A stretch of DNA of 64,000 nt from assembly GCA_002633005.1 (NCBI GenBank), contig NMRA01000094.1:969915-1033914 (forward strand). The letters run 5' to 3'. The stretch is from Phoronis australis. Its lineage: Eukaryota; Animalia; Phoronida. Both the position numbers and the translations under genes were made by a program. The notes below the pieces were generated by a model. It saw only the letters and a program-made list of their open reading frames with translations, was not told where the DNA came from and did no database searches. Shown here one piece after another: positions 11,981 through 26,062 of the stretch (its first letter is position 1; every line of letters starts with the position of its first letter).

Positions 11981-13589
11981 TACATTCCGTGCTCTACTAA
12001 CACCACTGTATAGTTAACTTAACATATCTTTGGGAGGCATGCAGCCGACACAGATCTAGAATTTTTCCAAAACTGATACATTAATTATTAGTAGACTGTG
12101 ACCACCATAACCAATAGCTGAATATTGAATGCCATGACGTACAAAGGCACAACAAGATATATTGTAAAGAAGTCCCTTTGGCTACTCTTAATACAGACAT
12201 GAAGAATAATCAGACAATTGACTTAGACACCTATCTGATGTTTAAATAAACATTAAAATCAGTAACAGAGTGTAATGCCTATTTTATAGACTCTAAACAC
12301 AGAAATTGTGTCACTTACTGAACACTTGCCAGGAGGATCGGTAACGACAAAAGTGGGAATGTAATTAAATTCCATCTCTTAACAATTGGTTGTATCGTGA
12401 GTTTTTAATAAAAAGGACATACTATGCAAGTAATGTAGGAAATGAAAATTGTACAACTCAGGAAACTACTTCAATTTTGAACCAAGTGAATTGCCAGATT
12501 TGTCACTTTTATTTTTACCTTTTCAAATACATTTCAACAAATTACAAATGTAACCACTTGTTATGCAATGGATATCCCGAAGCGGCAAATCTCTACTTAT
12601 TCTGCAAAAAAACAAATTAAAATTAAATATGTTATCCTAGTTGTGGTGTGCTAAGTATACCGAATACACAGACTAGGTACTAGTTGATCATGCCAAGAAT
12701 TGTATATGACACTTGGCTTACCTCAAAATCCAACTGCTGCCTGGTGGTTTGGTAATTGGCCCAAATATGTTGCACACCCAGCAGAATTAATGAGAAACAT
12801 ATTATTGCAACATTAAACAAACGTTTTAGTTTGTATAAGCCACGTTACTTACAAGATTTGTAAAATTCAAAAACCTAATCATGTGTGCCTTCCACGAATA
12901 TTCAAATATGCCATTTACAAACTTTCAAAACGAAAATTTAAAAATACTATTGTCACCCCCAATGTGTTTATGGTGGTCTCATTATCTAGAGGATAACATC
13001 AGCAGCCTGACTACAACAGCATGGTGTCTTTGATCTGAACCGGCAGATTATGAGGTACATAAACCTGTTGAGTTGCCCAATCTCGACCAGTTAGGATCTC
13101 AACGTACTATTCTTTTCATGATTTACATACGACTGCCATCATTTTCAGGCTATATTTTGTTACGTTTATATTTTGGTCGTTATGCTACCAAATTAAACGC
13201 AGGAAATACGCAAACCCTTGGCAGGAAAAAATGTAAATGAAAGCGCTCTGAGGAGCGAAACTTGGCAAAATTAACCAAAAACATGACGATAAAGATGATG
13301 ACGAATATGACGAATACGACGACGATGGTGGGGAGGATGAACAAAAGAAGTAATAATAACATACACATGACGAACGTAGAAGTCCGAAATCAGTAAGAAA
13401 AAGGCTAGTCTTCAGCGACACTTGGCGAAATTAACGGAAAAGACAACGACGGAGATGATGACGAATATGATGATGGTGGTGGCGATGATGAACAACATCA
13501 CAACATTCATATGACGAACTTAGATGTCATAAATCAATAAGAAATAGGCTACAGTCTACTTCAATAGAAGATAAACCAACATCAATGCA

Positions 13590-14440
13590 GCAAGAGTGCT
13601 CAACAAAGGAACAGCGTTATCAGAAAATCTAAAATAACTCGAAAAGTAGACGTCCTAGCGAAAAATGGAAAACATCTTCTGAAAGCCCATTCAAAATTCT
13701 ATCTAAAGTGATGGTATGGCCTAATTCCGTAACTTTTTCGAAAAAAATGAAATTTTGCATTTTTTTTAAAGAAATTCAAAGTCAAATAACTCGAAAACGG
13801 TAAGTGTGAGAAAAAAATTGTTGCAGGCCATTTGAAAGACTATACTTCAAAGAATCTACATGCAAAAAATCACGTCTTTTTCTCTTCCCGTTTAACATCG
13901 CACTCCAGACGACTGAAAATGGGTCAACATTTGCCATATCCGCCATCTTGAAAGCAACTTCCGGTTTTTGGGCTTTGTATAATAGCATGTTACAAGAAAC
14001 TAATACCTGTAAAAATTCGAAGGAATTGGTCTTATAATACGCCCTCTAGAGGAGAAAACGTTTTTAGGCCAAAATCGAGGTGCGCATGCGCGATCGCCGA
14101 TATTTCCGCCATCTTTAACCGGAAGTAAACATTTTCCGGTATACTTGTAGAAAATTTCCGGTCCATTTACTGTGCCGATTCTGAGCTTTTTACGTAAAAA
14201 ATTGTAGCCTCCAGAAGCATTTGAACCTTTAAATGGAAACAAAATGGCCACCACAGTCGCCATCTTGGATCCGATTTTGACGAAAAACAATAGGCTTCCA
14301 GTACTTCCGGAAGTACGTGTTATGTGTAAATTTCGTGATGATCAGACGAAAATTGCGACCTGTATCGTGCGAACAAACAAAAAAACAAACTTAGTGTCAG
14401 AGCAACATACTTGGCGAAATTTATTTCGCCAAGTAATAAT
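13590..14440 (+). mobile_element. HINE/Helentron-like non-autonomous element, family A
   Basis: 5' CAACAAGAG; 3' AAAC microsatellite then a perfect 13-bp hairpin TACTTGGCGAAAT-TT-ATTTCGCCAAGTA (14408-14435). A related 3' end lies at 38740-38853. Confidence 0.65.
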
Positions 14441-15084
14441 CAAGCTCTACTTTGTAATGCCGCTCAAGCACACAAAAACAATGTTGCAATGTAACAGGCA
14501 TGGAGTGTGGGCGCTTACAGCCATTTATGAAGTTGGTCATGTACAAGTCAAGACCTCAAGATGTTCAGTAATATTTTTATCTCAATAGCCTCTGAGACCA
14601 TAGCTCTTACAGGCATGTGCCACCCAACTAATGTTGTTTATACACTGTTTGAATAAGTTTATGACTCTATGACCACATCAGTTCATGCTTTTCGACCTCA
14701 CCGAGCCGAGAGCTGTTTTGCTAATGTGTGAGGAAAGTGAGGACACAAAACGATGACCTCAATAAATTGCGCCATGAATTTGTTTTGCTAGTTTTGTGGT
14801 GCCTGTATCAAAGTTGTGTCTGCTTTCAAGTTAATCTTGCAGTGAAAGCTTTGGAGTGTTCCTGACTACAAATATGTTCAAAAACGACCATGAATAGATT
14901 ATAATGCTTTCCTCGCTTTCCACGTGCTAAAATTTTAAACACAGAAAAAGTAGGAAAAGTAGGAACACTTCCAAGAAGTAACAGGAAGTAGGAAAACATG
15001 AAGCCAAGGGAGGCATGAAGAGATGTGTCAACCCTGGTCTTCAAATTGTGCTCTCATAACATCCATGGATATGTCATATCACCA

Positions 15085-15402
15085 ACATGAGTGGCCACCA
15101 ACATGACCATCGTGAGTGACCAGCAACCTGACCATCGTGAGTGACCACCAAACTGACCATCATGAGCGACCACCAACCCATCATGAGTGACCAGCAACCT
15201 GACCATCATGAGTGGGCACCAAACTGACCATCGTGAGTGACCAGCAACCTGACCATCGTGAGTCACCACCAACCTGACAATCATGAGTGACCACCAATCT
15301 GACCATCATGAGTGACTGGCAACCTGACCTTCATGGATGACCAGCAACCTGACCATCATGACTGACCACCAACCTGACCATCATGAGTGACTAGCAACCT
15401 GA
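15085..15402. repeat. 25-bp minisatellite (GACCATCATGAGTGACCAGCAACCT), ~12 copies
   Basis: Direct inspection. Confidence 0.92.
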
Positions 15403-16799
15403 ATGTGCCTCCAAAATTACAACAAGGTAAAATCAACCCTAGTAAAAGTTGCTTCCAAAGCTATATATATATATATAATAGTTTCAGTCACAATAAGACA
15501 AATGAAACTTGATACATTTTATTTCCCTTTCACAGTAGTGGAACTGATCTTTGCAACCCCTTTGAAAAGCCTCTAAGCTAATGTTTGCAGGAGACTGACC
15601 ACAGAGGTGCATAAAGGCTGAACAGAACACAAACACATGGGTTAGTCATTGGCAGTTTACTGATAAAATAACACAATAAGACTTCAACCCACAAAGACTG
15701 ACTGTGGGGTAAATCTTCACCAATCTTGGGGCTTTCTATAGGAGATTAAGTCAACACAAAATTTCTGGCAATCTTTGTGGTTTATTGCCCCAGCTGTTGT
15801 CACAGGGATTACTATTAGTGAATAAATTAGGAAGGTATGACAGGACAGGTGTTAAGATGGGCAGTTATTAAATGATCAATCAAGGTGTATTAACAAACCA
15901 AGAGACACCAATGCCTTTTCGACAAACAAAAATGATCCGTTTTATTGCCAACTCCAAAAACGAGCAAATTATGTGGCAAAGTGGGTAATCTGGCATGTAA
16001 CAACATAAATCAAAAATGTGCAATAAACGAAACCTTCAAACAGACAAAATTTGCTACATTTCTATCTCGCCAGGAGTCTTCCATTCACTAGATATAGCTT
16101 TCAATGTTAATAAATTCAAATAAATTTAGAAATGTAGGCCTCCAGAACTAAATTTACAGTTAAACCTTAACAAGTCATAATATCAATATGGACAACACCT
16201 GAAACTTTATATTCCCATTTTTCACCTACAATACACAGCATCATGTTCAAACTTGGCATGTTACCTACCAGAACACAAATGTATTAGAAGAATTTGAAAT
16301 TGAGAACAAGGCAATTATATTTGTCACACAAATTTGGCGACACTTTACCATAGGCACAGGATTCAGCTGGTCAGTGGTCAAACAAGTATTGGCTAAGTAT
16401 TCAGCAGGTCAGTGGTCAAGCAAGTATTGGTCAAGTATTAACAAATGTGGCAGCCTATGGATTGGATTTTACTTAAAGAGCTTAAAACCACAATTTACCA
16501 CGTTTTGACAAGTGACTACTTTGCCAGCTTCACTAAACCTTCCTTTATAGCAATGCGTATCACAGTCGCAAATTCAATATCCTAAAAAACGAGAAAAACT
16601 AAAGTCTCTTAGCTCCACTGACATGAGTGTGACATATGAACAGAACCAGTGTCAGTGTGTTTTGTCCACCAACATATGAGCTTATTGAACAAATGTGTGC
16701 CATATCTGCGCTTTTCCGATGTCCCGCGGCAAAGTGACAAGAGTCACGAAGTAAAATACTAATTTTTCACTACAACCACAAACCCAAGGCCTCACCGTT

Positions 16800-16995
16800 C
16801 CTCATTATACCATAAAGCACGGAAACTGAGCTACAATATCTGACGACTTTTCTCACTAAACACAATGGAGAGTGACTAGTGCTGTGATTGGTGGCTCGAT
16901 TTTATGTAGTATGTATCGATGAATAAATGCTCGTACATCGAAATCAGCTGATTAACATCCTGTCAGATAGTCTGAATGGGTGTTCTAATTTGATG
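16800..16995 (+). repeat. Dispersed repeat fragment, homologous to 46845-47032
   Basis: Shared CAATATCTGACGACTT...CACTAAACACAAT...AATAAATGCTC...ATCAGCT.ATTAACAT...GTCAGAT...GTGTTCTAA. Confidence 0.7.
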
Positions 16996-18920
16996 GTTTA
17001 TTGACTGGTGCGGTTGTTCTTTGGTGCTTTTGATACCAAACTGGTGATTTTAAGCACTTTAAAGTGAAAACACAATGACAAGCCTACTAATGTTTTACTC
17101 CACCGCATGTAAGTAAAAGATAAACCAAGCCAACGACAGAATTCTGTTGCATTCAACACTGTGCACGCCAGATATACCAAGAATGTGAACACAGAAAATC
17201 TCAAAAATTAGGCTATGTGTGAGTGTTGGAAAGTGAGCTTATAGAAGTCTGTTTGGCCATCTACATATTATGGCCAGAGTTGTCACTTCAGTCGCAAGAA
17301 TTTAAGTACCTGTATTAAAAAGATTGATCAGAATGCAGAAGAGTTGGTTGTATGCATTTTGGGAGCCAACGACAAGAACATTGATGACAGTAGTCAACTT
17401 TAAGGTACCACAAGTTTTAAATGTGTCAAATAAATTGGGCGCACAACTGAGTATGGGCGTTTACCTGGATGGGGGCTCTTCTACGGTATTACAACCAGAT
17501 AAGTATGGTAAACCATACACTGCTATGTTTCAAATCTCATTACTTCTCATATTTATCATTTTGTCTTTGTATAAATTACTGAAAATTAAGAACAATGCAA
17601 TTGTCCTGTTCAACCTACAACCGAGGGCGTTGTCCCCTGTCTCTACATTCCTGCTTCAATTTCTTAACCCTCAGTCACAGTCCAACAAACACCAAACCTG
17701 TATCACAAATTCCATACCTGTGCCCCTGAACTCTACACGTCCCCAAAATACACCAAACCCACGAGCCAAACTCCAGGCCTGGACCAGGAATCTGAGCCCT
17801 GGGTATGAAGTTTGGTTACCTTGTATGGAGTTTCATCAAGTGAGAGCACTGCTAGTTGGAAACTGGAGTTAAGTAGAGGATTGAAACTGTAATTCAGAGG
17901 CATTGTTTTGGAATCATTTCTAACCCCTTCATAACTAAATTGGAATTAACAACAAAACGTTCTGTGTGTGTTAGCTTAACTTCCGAATGTCTGAATTGTG
18001 TGAGTAACGACAAGCTAAATTGGTAATTTTTGAAAATTGCTGCCACTTACTAATTTACAAGGTGCTAACAAGGGGTGATAGGGTTGAGACTTTGGCATGT
18101 AGATAAATATGGTCACGATAACACCTATTATCTACAACATGACTTCTGCACAGACGGACATGATTGATGTGACTTTTATGAATGACATGATTTATGTGAC
18201 TTTTATGAATGACATATGAACACGCCTCCAACTATAAGTGAAGTTGTCAAGTAACTGATGCAGAAAATATATAAAAAAATAAAAAATCATCTCTGGTCAA
18301 ATTTCTTGAAGCACCTTCATTGACAGCATGAAGAGCTTAGAAGTATAACAGGACTGAATACTATAAAGCCAACTTATCAGCCGTTATGAAACGGCAACTG
18401 AATTCTATCCCATAATTCACCATTTCAACCTCACCGACCAATCACTATAAAGGCCACCAGTTTGTTATGTTATGCTAGTAAGGTCTCAAGTATGCTCGTG
18501 AAACACTCGCCTTTTACTAACATGATTTTGTGGGGTCTTGCTTTTCTCGCCAGAAACTTGGTCTAAGGAACGAAGCTCAGAATTAGTGCTGCCAATACAA
18601 TAAAGAAAATTTGAGTCTGAGCACCAAAGCAATACACAACTGTGAACAAATTTATTAATCACAGCTGTATGCAACACTCATTGACCCTTATTGACCAGTC
18701 ATCCAGGTCACAGTTTTAGTTTCCATCTTCCTTCATCAAGTTTTCATTAATAGCAACTTTAATTCAACAGTAAAAAGCACCTTAAATTATGTACATTACA
18801 CAAACACTATCATCATGTATATGCTTAGGTCTACTGATCAGAGACAAACAAAATTATTTCTATGTCCTGTATGTCACATAAATTCTTTCAACCATTGTCA
18901 ATAATTAGTGATAGACTCAC

Positions 18921-19503
18921 CTTGTTAGTTAGGGATGCTAAATCTTGAAGTCTTAATCTTGTGTGAATGAGAGCATCGTAGACTGCGCAGATGCCTAGCA
19001 CCGTCACTCCCTGTTCTTTAGTGAACATGCTGGCACCAGTCAACAAGCCAGACAGGGCCAGAAACATCCACTTGCACACCCCGGGTCCCATATTGCTATC
19101 ACGTGTTCGGCAGTATGCAATGTAGCATTCTAAGGCTAACAAAAAGAACATGCAAGCTCCGATATCGGCACGACCTACAATCCCGGCCACAGCCTCTGTG
19201 TGAATAGGATGACTAGCGAATAAGAGGCCTGCAACCCATCGTGACATGTCATTGTTCAGGAAATGTCTGGCAACATGAACAAAGAGACCAGTCACGACAG
19301 CATGCAACAGGATGTTACCGAGATGATAGCCCAGAGGGTGGAGTCCTCCCAACATGTAGTTGAGACGAAATGTGAGAACACACAGTGGTCGGTAGGACTT
19401 GTGAGACCCACTGTGGGTGAGTGGCGTGCCCCAGAAGTCATCGTAGAACACGTTGACAAGGGGGGTTTCTGGAAGGAGGTCAGGGTTCTTCTGTATGGCA
19501 CGG
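18921..19503 (-). CDS. TMTC2: TMTC2-like coding exon 2 (RAIQKNPDLLPETP...DFWGTPLTHSGSHKSYRPL...HPIHTEAVAGIVGRAD...KEQG)
   Basis: TMTC family motifs; TTTCAG acceptor and AAG|GTGAGT donor; 583 nt, phase 2 to 0. Confidence 0.95.
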
Positions 19504-20019
19504 CTGAAATGAAGAGAGCAGAGTTGAAATATTATCCAGTAATAATTCTCCAGTATTGGACAGAATATGAAGGACAAACATAATGCCATTATGTCAAAAT
19601 CTTCAACATGATTTGTTAAGAAAATCTCAAGAAAATTTTCCCAAGGCTTGCGCTGCTGTTAGTGTAAGCAGTCATTGAAAAATGGATTAGTTTGTCACAA
19701 ATTGACGAACTTCAATAAACATTGCAAATCAGAAACTGCAAATCAAGCATGAACAATCCAACAACGTTCAAACAGTGAACTTGTCATGATTTGTAAAGTA
19801 GTGAACAACTAAAGGAAATGAATGAATGACATCATCCAGATAGTAATAAGAGTCTGTTGCCTACTATGATTCTCTTCATTTCATCACTGACTTTGGAGGG
19901 ACTATCTTGTCTGTTTTGATCACCAAGGCTGTACAATAAGCATAACACGCAGGATAGAATTTAAATGTATGCTTTTCATGTTTAACTTGAAATACTTTGC
20001 CAATAAATGCAAAAACTAA

Positions 20020-20612
20020 GATAGCTGTACTTAAAAGCAGCTATACCGTTAACCCACCATGTGTCACAAAACCTAACTTTTGAACCAACTGCCTTCAAGA
20101 AATTGGTCTCAAAATCTCCCTTAAAGGCCTTTCCCACTGCCTCCGAAACTTTTGGTATTAACAAATCTTCAGTCAGTGGGAACACTTAACTTCGGTCTCT
20201 TATCAAAGCTAACAGCGCTAGTTAACTTCAAAGTAAAGAGGTGGATTTAACAATGAAGCGTCACCACTTCAGTGTAATGAGAACACTTAACTTCGACGAC
20301 ATCAGAGTTATCGGTNGATAGCTGTACTTAAAAGCAGCTATACCGTTAACCCACCATGTGTCACAAAACCTAACTTTTGAACCAACTGCCTTCAAGAAAT
20401 TGGTCTCAAAATCTCCCTTAAAGGCCTTTCCCACTGCCTCCGAAACTTTTGGTATTAACAAATCTTCAGTCAGTGGGAACACTTAACTTCGGTCTCTTAT
20501 CAAAGCTAACAGCGCTAGTTAACTTCAAAGTAAAGAGGTGGATTTAACAATGAAGCGTCACCACTTCAGTGTAATGAGAACACTTAACTTCGATGGCATC
20601 AGAGTTATCGGT
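20020..20612. repeat. 296-bp tandem duplication split by a single N (20316); probable contig-join artefact
   Basis: 20020-20315 and 20317-20612 are near identical. Confidence 0.85.
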
Positions 20613-21499
20613 AGGTGTCACTGTGTTTGCCAACAGCGGGCAGCAACTGGTTAATACTTGTAATATTTTGTTCCAGTATTTGTTATTTTGGCAGACGATT
20701 ATAAGCATTCTGTTCCAATTTGTCCAAGTGCTTGCTGGATACTTTGCTTCAAAAATAATAAAAAATTACTGAACGCTTTGCGTATGCAAAACAAGTTCCT
20801 GCCAAATGTCAGACCGCCTTTACACGGATCTGCTGCAAGCCACAAGACTCCCAATTTTCTGTTAAAATGTAGTCAATCTTCTTTATCTCAATGTGGCAAC
20901 CGTAGGTTGTCTTCTGAAGTTTACGCTCTCGTCTTTGTGTGGGAAAGGCCTTTGCCATTTTTGATGACAAGGACAAAAACAGTAAAGCCGTACAAACATA
21001 TACAGACCCAATGAAATAAATTAATTAACATATATAAATATATGTACATGTATAGCTTATTGTACAGGCCAAGATCATATTGGCGCCACCTTACAATAAC
21101 TTCGCTGATCTATAACTGCAAAGTTGATGTGAACACTCACGCTCAATTTCGGGGTAAGCTTCAATTGTAGCGAAATGAACTGTATGGGAAAGGGCCTTTA
21201 GTGAAATTATTTTAGGTGATTTCTGAACTAGGAAAATCTTACAATTGGTTATTACTGAAAACCAGACTTTACAAGTTGGCTGGTCACGTTAGGTAAAATG
21301 TGTGAATCATGGTGTCAACCCATAACTCTCAGTTATTGAGAAAGCCAAAAAAATCACTTCTCATCTGAGTAACGCACCTGTAGAGATTCATTTTATAGCG
21401 GTGAGTTATAAAGCAGTATTTTGTCTTCGAATGTGTCCAGTGCCTATGTTATTTCAAAATAGACAACATAAATTTTAGATCTTCAAATGAAGCCTTTAA

Positions 21500-23388
21500 A
21501 GGTGAATGCCACCTGATTTAATTAGTCTTTTTTACCGCCTTAATCGGTCTATATCCGCATCACCTCGTATACGATCGATCTTACCTCGCCGAGAGGTGTC
21601 GCGCTAACCTGTGAGGAAGGTGAGAAACGACGTGACGTCAGTGGTTCTTCGGCAGAGTGAGTGCCGCTATTGTGTGGTATATCATTCCCATTTGTGCAAA
21701 CTATGAAGCAGCGAGGAAAGCGGTTATATCGCTTTTTCGATTTCCTCGAGAGCCCATAATGCTTCGAAAGTGGCTCGTGGTAGTGAAGAATGAAAAGTCC
21801 GCCATTAATACCAAGTATGAGGCCGTGAAACTTCTCCGGGTCTGTCAGTGGCCTGCACTTCCTCGGATCGGTTGCTAATCAGTTTTTGATTATGGAGTAT
21901 TGTAGTTGGCCATGAAAACATAAACAATTACAAATAATTCAAGGTGTGAGAACATATAACCTCTTTGATGCCTGACTAGTTCGTTAGGCTTCCGTTTAGT
22001 GCTCTTGGTGTAGGATGGTAGTCGCCACTTCTTTTTCTCAGCCCTAAAAAACGTCGTAAGCACACTTTTTTTAGATGCGGTGCAAAATCAGGATGGTCCG
22101 TGAGACAGATCTGCACTTTTCCAAGAATTCATTTCACTTACAGAATTTCGTGGCAGCAAACGCAAGCATCAATTGTTCCATTATTGTGCAGTTAGCTCAC
22201 TGACACCGTGATAAAATCAAATGGTTTTTGAAACTATTCATATGTTCTGTTGTCTGTGCACGTTCACGGAGCCTCTCTATGATTTCTTGATCAGTGTATT
22301 CCTGTGAAACTTAACAATCGACCTGTGAAGTCTTCGTCGGATGAGCACCCGTCTAAGTCGGGATTGCAAGTTGCCATGTTGACATTTATATTGTGCGTTC
22401 TGTTTCCGAAATGAATTATTCTCACTCTACCCAATGTTTATATCAAACTGTAACAAAGACTGTCTCATTAGATACAATTTGTAATACCTTGGAGTGCTCA
22501 TGAGTGCAAATGTTTTGAGAAGCCAGCAATGAATAAATTACTGCATCACTGGCTTTAGATGCAATAAACGGCGGCTGATTGACCGCGGGCACCGAGGCCC
22601 GGTGTGAGCACATGCTAATTCAGTGTTTGCTGACAGAAAGCTGTGGTGAAACAATAACTCCAGCTTATATCCTATGGTCAGATGTTAGGAGAATCTTTAT
22701 TTAGATATTCATATACATTATTCCAAATCATTGTTTCTGTACAACTTTTGCCCTGACGGTTCTGTGGAAGAGTAACCTGACTTGGCGAACTGGTAAGTAG
22801 ATTTGCAGTTTTGCGGCCAATTCACTAAATTAATCCGCCTGTACATTTTTTCTTTGGCTCACTAGTATAGTTTTTTTGTTACTAGAAGTTTAGTTTCTAA
22901 CTTTGGCTGGTTTATGTTCATAATGTCTTTAATCCAGCCGGCGCGAGATGGGCCTGATCAGGTTCCGAGCCTTTGGCCGGGATAGCAAGCATTTTGTGTG
23001 TTTAGAACTGAAAAAATCGCAAGTCTAAAATTACGGTACGCAGCCATGTTCTCCAGTCTGTATTTCATGGAAGAATAATTTGAATTTATCACCAAACAGA
23101 CCCCAAACTCCCACGACCGATCTTGAGGTAAATTGGCCTACTGAAGTTTTACATCGAATTTTGATGATTTATTGGTGTAAAACTAAAACGATGAATTCAA
23201 GCGACAACCTGACACCAGTAACCATGTTGTGAACTGCTGAACAGACTGCATTCGAACCTCTGACATCATTGGTTAATTTCAACACCTCCATCTGCCGTCA
23301 GGTAAAAGAACTGTACTTGCTGTTATCGAGTGTAACTACTTGATCTAAATTGAAACAAAATAGGTTGTTTTTTGGGTGGCATTCTCCT
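21500..23388 (+). mobile_element. Decayed Kolobok-like DNA transposon with THAP-domain remnant
   Basis: TTAA|AGGTGAATGCCACC ... GGTGGCATTCTCCT|TTAA termini; 21657-21878 translates PICAN...SLFRFPREP..LRKW...RVC, a degenerate THAP zinc finger. Confidence 0.75.
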
Positions 23389-23959
23389 TTAAGGATAATA
23401 TAAGACAGTTCGTCTGGTAAAAATTTTATATGTCAAAGAGGTATTGAAATATTGCAGGTGACCTCAGATTCAATTTATTATAGCAGGTTAATGCCACCTG
23501 GATAACATTTCATTTTCAGGCTAGTGTGTCTTCATCTTACATAGGACTGAGGCTATATCATGATTTTTTGTTTTAAAAAACATCACGCATTGGATATGAT
23601 TACATATGTTGTGAATAGAGATTATTATATGATCGGCTTGTTTCTACAAATGAATGAAATTCAACCCAACCACAGTAACAAGACTGCACTTTGGATATGT
23701 GACAAACACTGAAATGAAATAACTTTTATAAGTGCACTGATGAATAAATTACAGATTGCTGCTGCGGCCGGTAAAGTTTCAATGACTGAAAAGTCTAAAT
23801 TCATGCCTTAAAAAAGTCACACCCTTGTTTAACATCATGTGACAATCATTTTATGTAAAAATTGTAACTTTTGCCTCGAACATGAATATCCAAAAACCTG
23901 AAAAATTACTTTGTATTAAAGCTGTATGTTATTAGTGTGAATACACAGCACTATGAAAA

Positions 23960-24700
23960 TCGCCAGGTCGCATTTTGCGACTTAGCCAAAATTCCAGCTC
24001 ACATTTTCAGAATCCACCTCGCATTCATAAATGCTAGGTCGCAAAAATTTCTGCCATTTTTACGTGCCAAAATGGACTTTTTAGATCATCGAGAAAATGT
24101 TTATATTATGCTGTTACCTCCGTAAAATTGAGTTCTTACATTCAGATACAGCATTACTGTTTTTCACGACTGCCATTGAAAGGCTCTAGAGCGCAAGGCA
24201 AGTTGCCAACGTGCATGCATTCAAGTAGCTAAGCTTGCAATGTAAAAATGGCGGAAATACTTGTTGAAAAAGTATTCACGAATTTGTTAGGTTTGTCATC
24301 AAAATCGTTAAAGATTCAAATTAACTCCGAGTGCAAATCCTTTCACTTTTTGTTTACAGACCAAGCTTTGCAAATTAAACAACTTTTGCAAGACATCCAG
24401 TAGCAGAAAATATTAGCCAATGAAACACGTCTGCATTTTTCCATGTTCAGGCAACATGCTTAGAAGTCATCGGGAGGGTTGTTCTCCTTTAGTGTTCTTT
24501 TGAACTTGATTTAGAAACAACCAAATAATGGTCGGATTCACACAAGCTGCTTTATATTTGTCAGGTATCTGCCGAGAACTGTAAAAACTCAGCTTGTGTA
24601 CGAAATTCCAGGTCGCATTTTGCGACTTGATACGAGCTGGCAAAAATCAGCTCGCATTTCCAAATTTCAGGTCACAAATGCGACATCCAGCTCGTTATGT
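23960..24700 (+). repeat. Dispersed repeat with CAGGTCGCATTTTGCGAC motif (23965, 24610); an inverted relative lies at ~60480-60580
   Basis: Motif duplicated locally, and the reverse complement of ~24600-24695 is recognisable at 60480-60580. Confidence 0.55.
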
Positions 24701-25839
24701 ACAGGGAACCGTATCTCAAATTTTTTGTTTATCAGCGAAGTCTTCTGTTGTTCAAAGGAAAAACAAAAATATGAGCCAAAAAATCCTCAGGCGTAAATTT
24801 TCAGACGAATCGACCACACAATGGTACGTAATGCTGTAAAGGCCTGAAAATGGCTGACAAAGATTCATAACTGAAGTTAACAGAATTCATTCCAAATTAG
24901 TTGTATATTTCATGAGTTTTGTGAAATAGCAATGAAAATACAGATACAATTTTATACAATACGTGAATATCTAGTTTTTGAAAAACTTCACATCTGGGTG
25001 TCCAAGGATGTTGATTAGTCCTCCTTTACTGGTTTCTACTGTGTGTCAAGAGACAACAAAATGTGTATAAATTAGCTTACAAAGTATGGTAGGTTGACAT
25101 GGTTGTATTTTCACTGCAATCCTTTCTAAAGCCACAATGATAGAGGTCAACATTTAAACCTCTTCAAGTCTAGTCACAACAACAAATCCCTTTTAAATGT
25201 CAACTTTATGGGTGCAAATTAAAACTTAATTTTTTCTCACCCAATATTTGCACATTGGTATGCAAACACACAGGGTATTGGTTATCCACTTGGACAGAGA
25301 CTGGGAGTGTATGAGTCAGAAATGATTGAATTATTCTATGGCTCAATGTACTAACTTTCCGATCAATAATGCCCCATTACTCGAAATAAACCTTACAAAT
25401 TGTTTTCTAAGTGAAAGTAGTTTATGCGATAAAGTTGCCTAAAATTCAAACAAAAATAATTGCTAAAATCGTTTTTCCAACTTTTAAAAGCTAACTGTAT
25501 AAACAAAACGCTTGAATTTTCTTGCGTATATGTTGATGACAGTTGTAGGATATAAACTTTGGAATTGATGAAGTGAAGTTTTTTTCCTGCTTACTTTTGT
25601 TGAAAATTTTGATAAAATAATTAATCAGTGTTCGGTCATAATGTGTTCTAAAGTAAATAAACTTAACCCTAACTGAAATATTTTTCAAATTTATGTAAAA
25701 ACTAAACAGATTTTAAGACCATGTTAAAGAACACGTTTAGTGATTATTCCTAAATTTAAAGCAACCAACAATAACAAACAGCACAAACCTTGAAAATTAA
25801 GATGCCAGAAGCATTTAGAGAGAACATTAGTATCCGCCA

Positions 25840-25925
25840 GAGTCAGGTATGACATCATAAGGTCACCATCAAAGTCAGGTGTGACATCATAAGGTCACCA
25901 TCAAAGTAAGGTGTGACATCGTAAG
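25840..25925. repeat. ~32-bp tandem repeat x3 (AGTCAGGTGTGACATCATAAGGTCACCATCAA)
   Basis: Direct inspection. Confidence 0.85.
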
Positions 25926-26062
25926 TGTCTAATGTACAGTATCATTCAGCTCATTATAAGTTTGAAACTACAGATGACACTGCTGTACTCATCCAGATTA
26001 ATGTCCACATAACTAATGTCCAAGCAGCAAGTGTCACAGCAACTTGTGTCCAGGAAACTAAA

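Noticed and set aside
15054-15402. Regular 25-bp array (and similar arrays at 30762, 11549 and 58283) as CRISPR or a coding repeat
   Set aside because: Units are head-to-tail with no unique spacers, there are no cas genes and the context is a eukaryotic intron; the ORFs over them are repeat translations.
17324-17872. 182-aa plus-strand ORF in TMTC2 intron 2
   Set aside because: TTG start, no recognisable domain and no splice support; likely a chance ORF.
22360-22800. Cys-containing snippets (LECS*, YCITGF, LQVAM) as a P2X7-C-terminal/KolX-like second ORF of the Kolobok element
   Set aside because: Fragments are too short and out of the expected order; needs a profile search.
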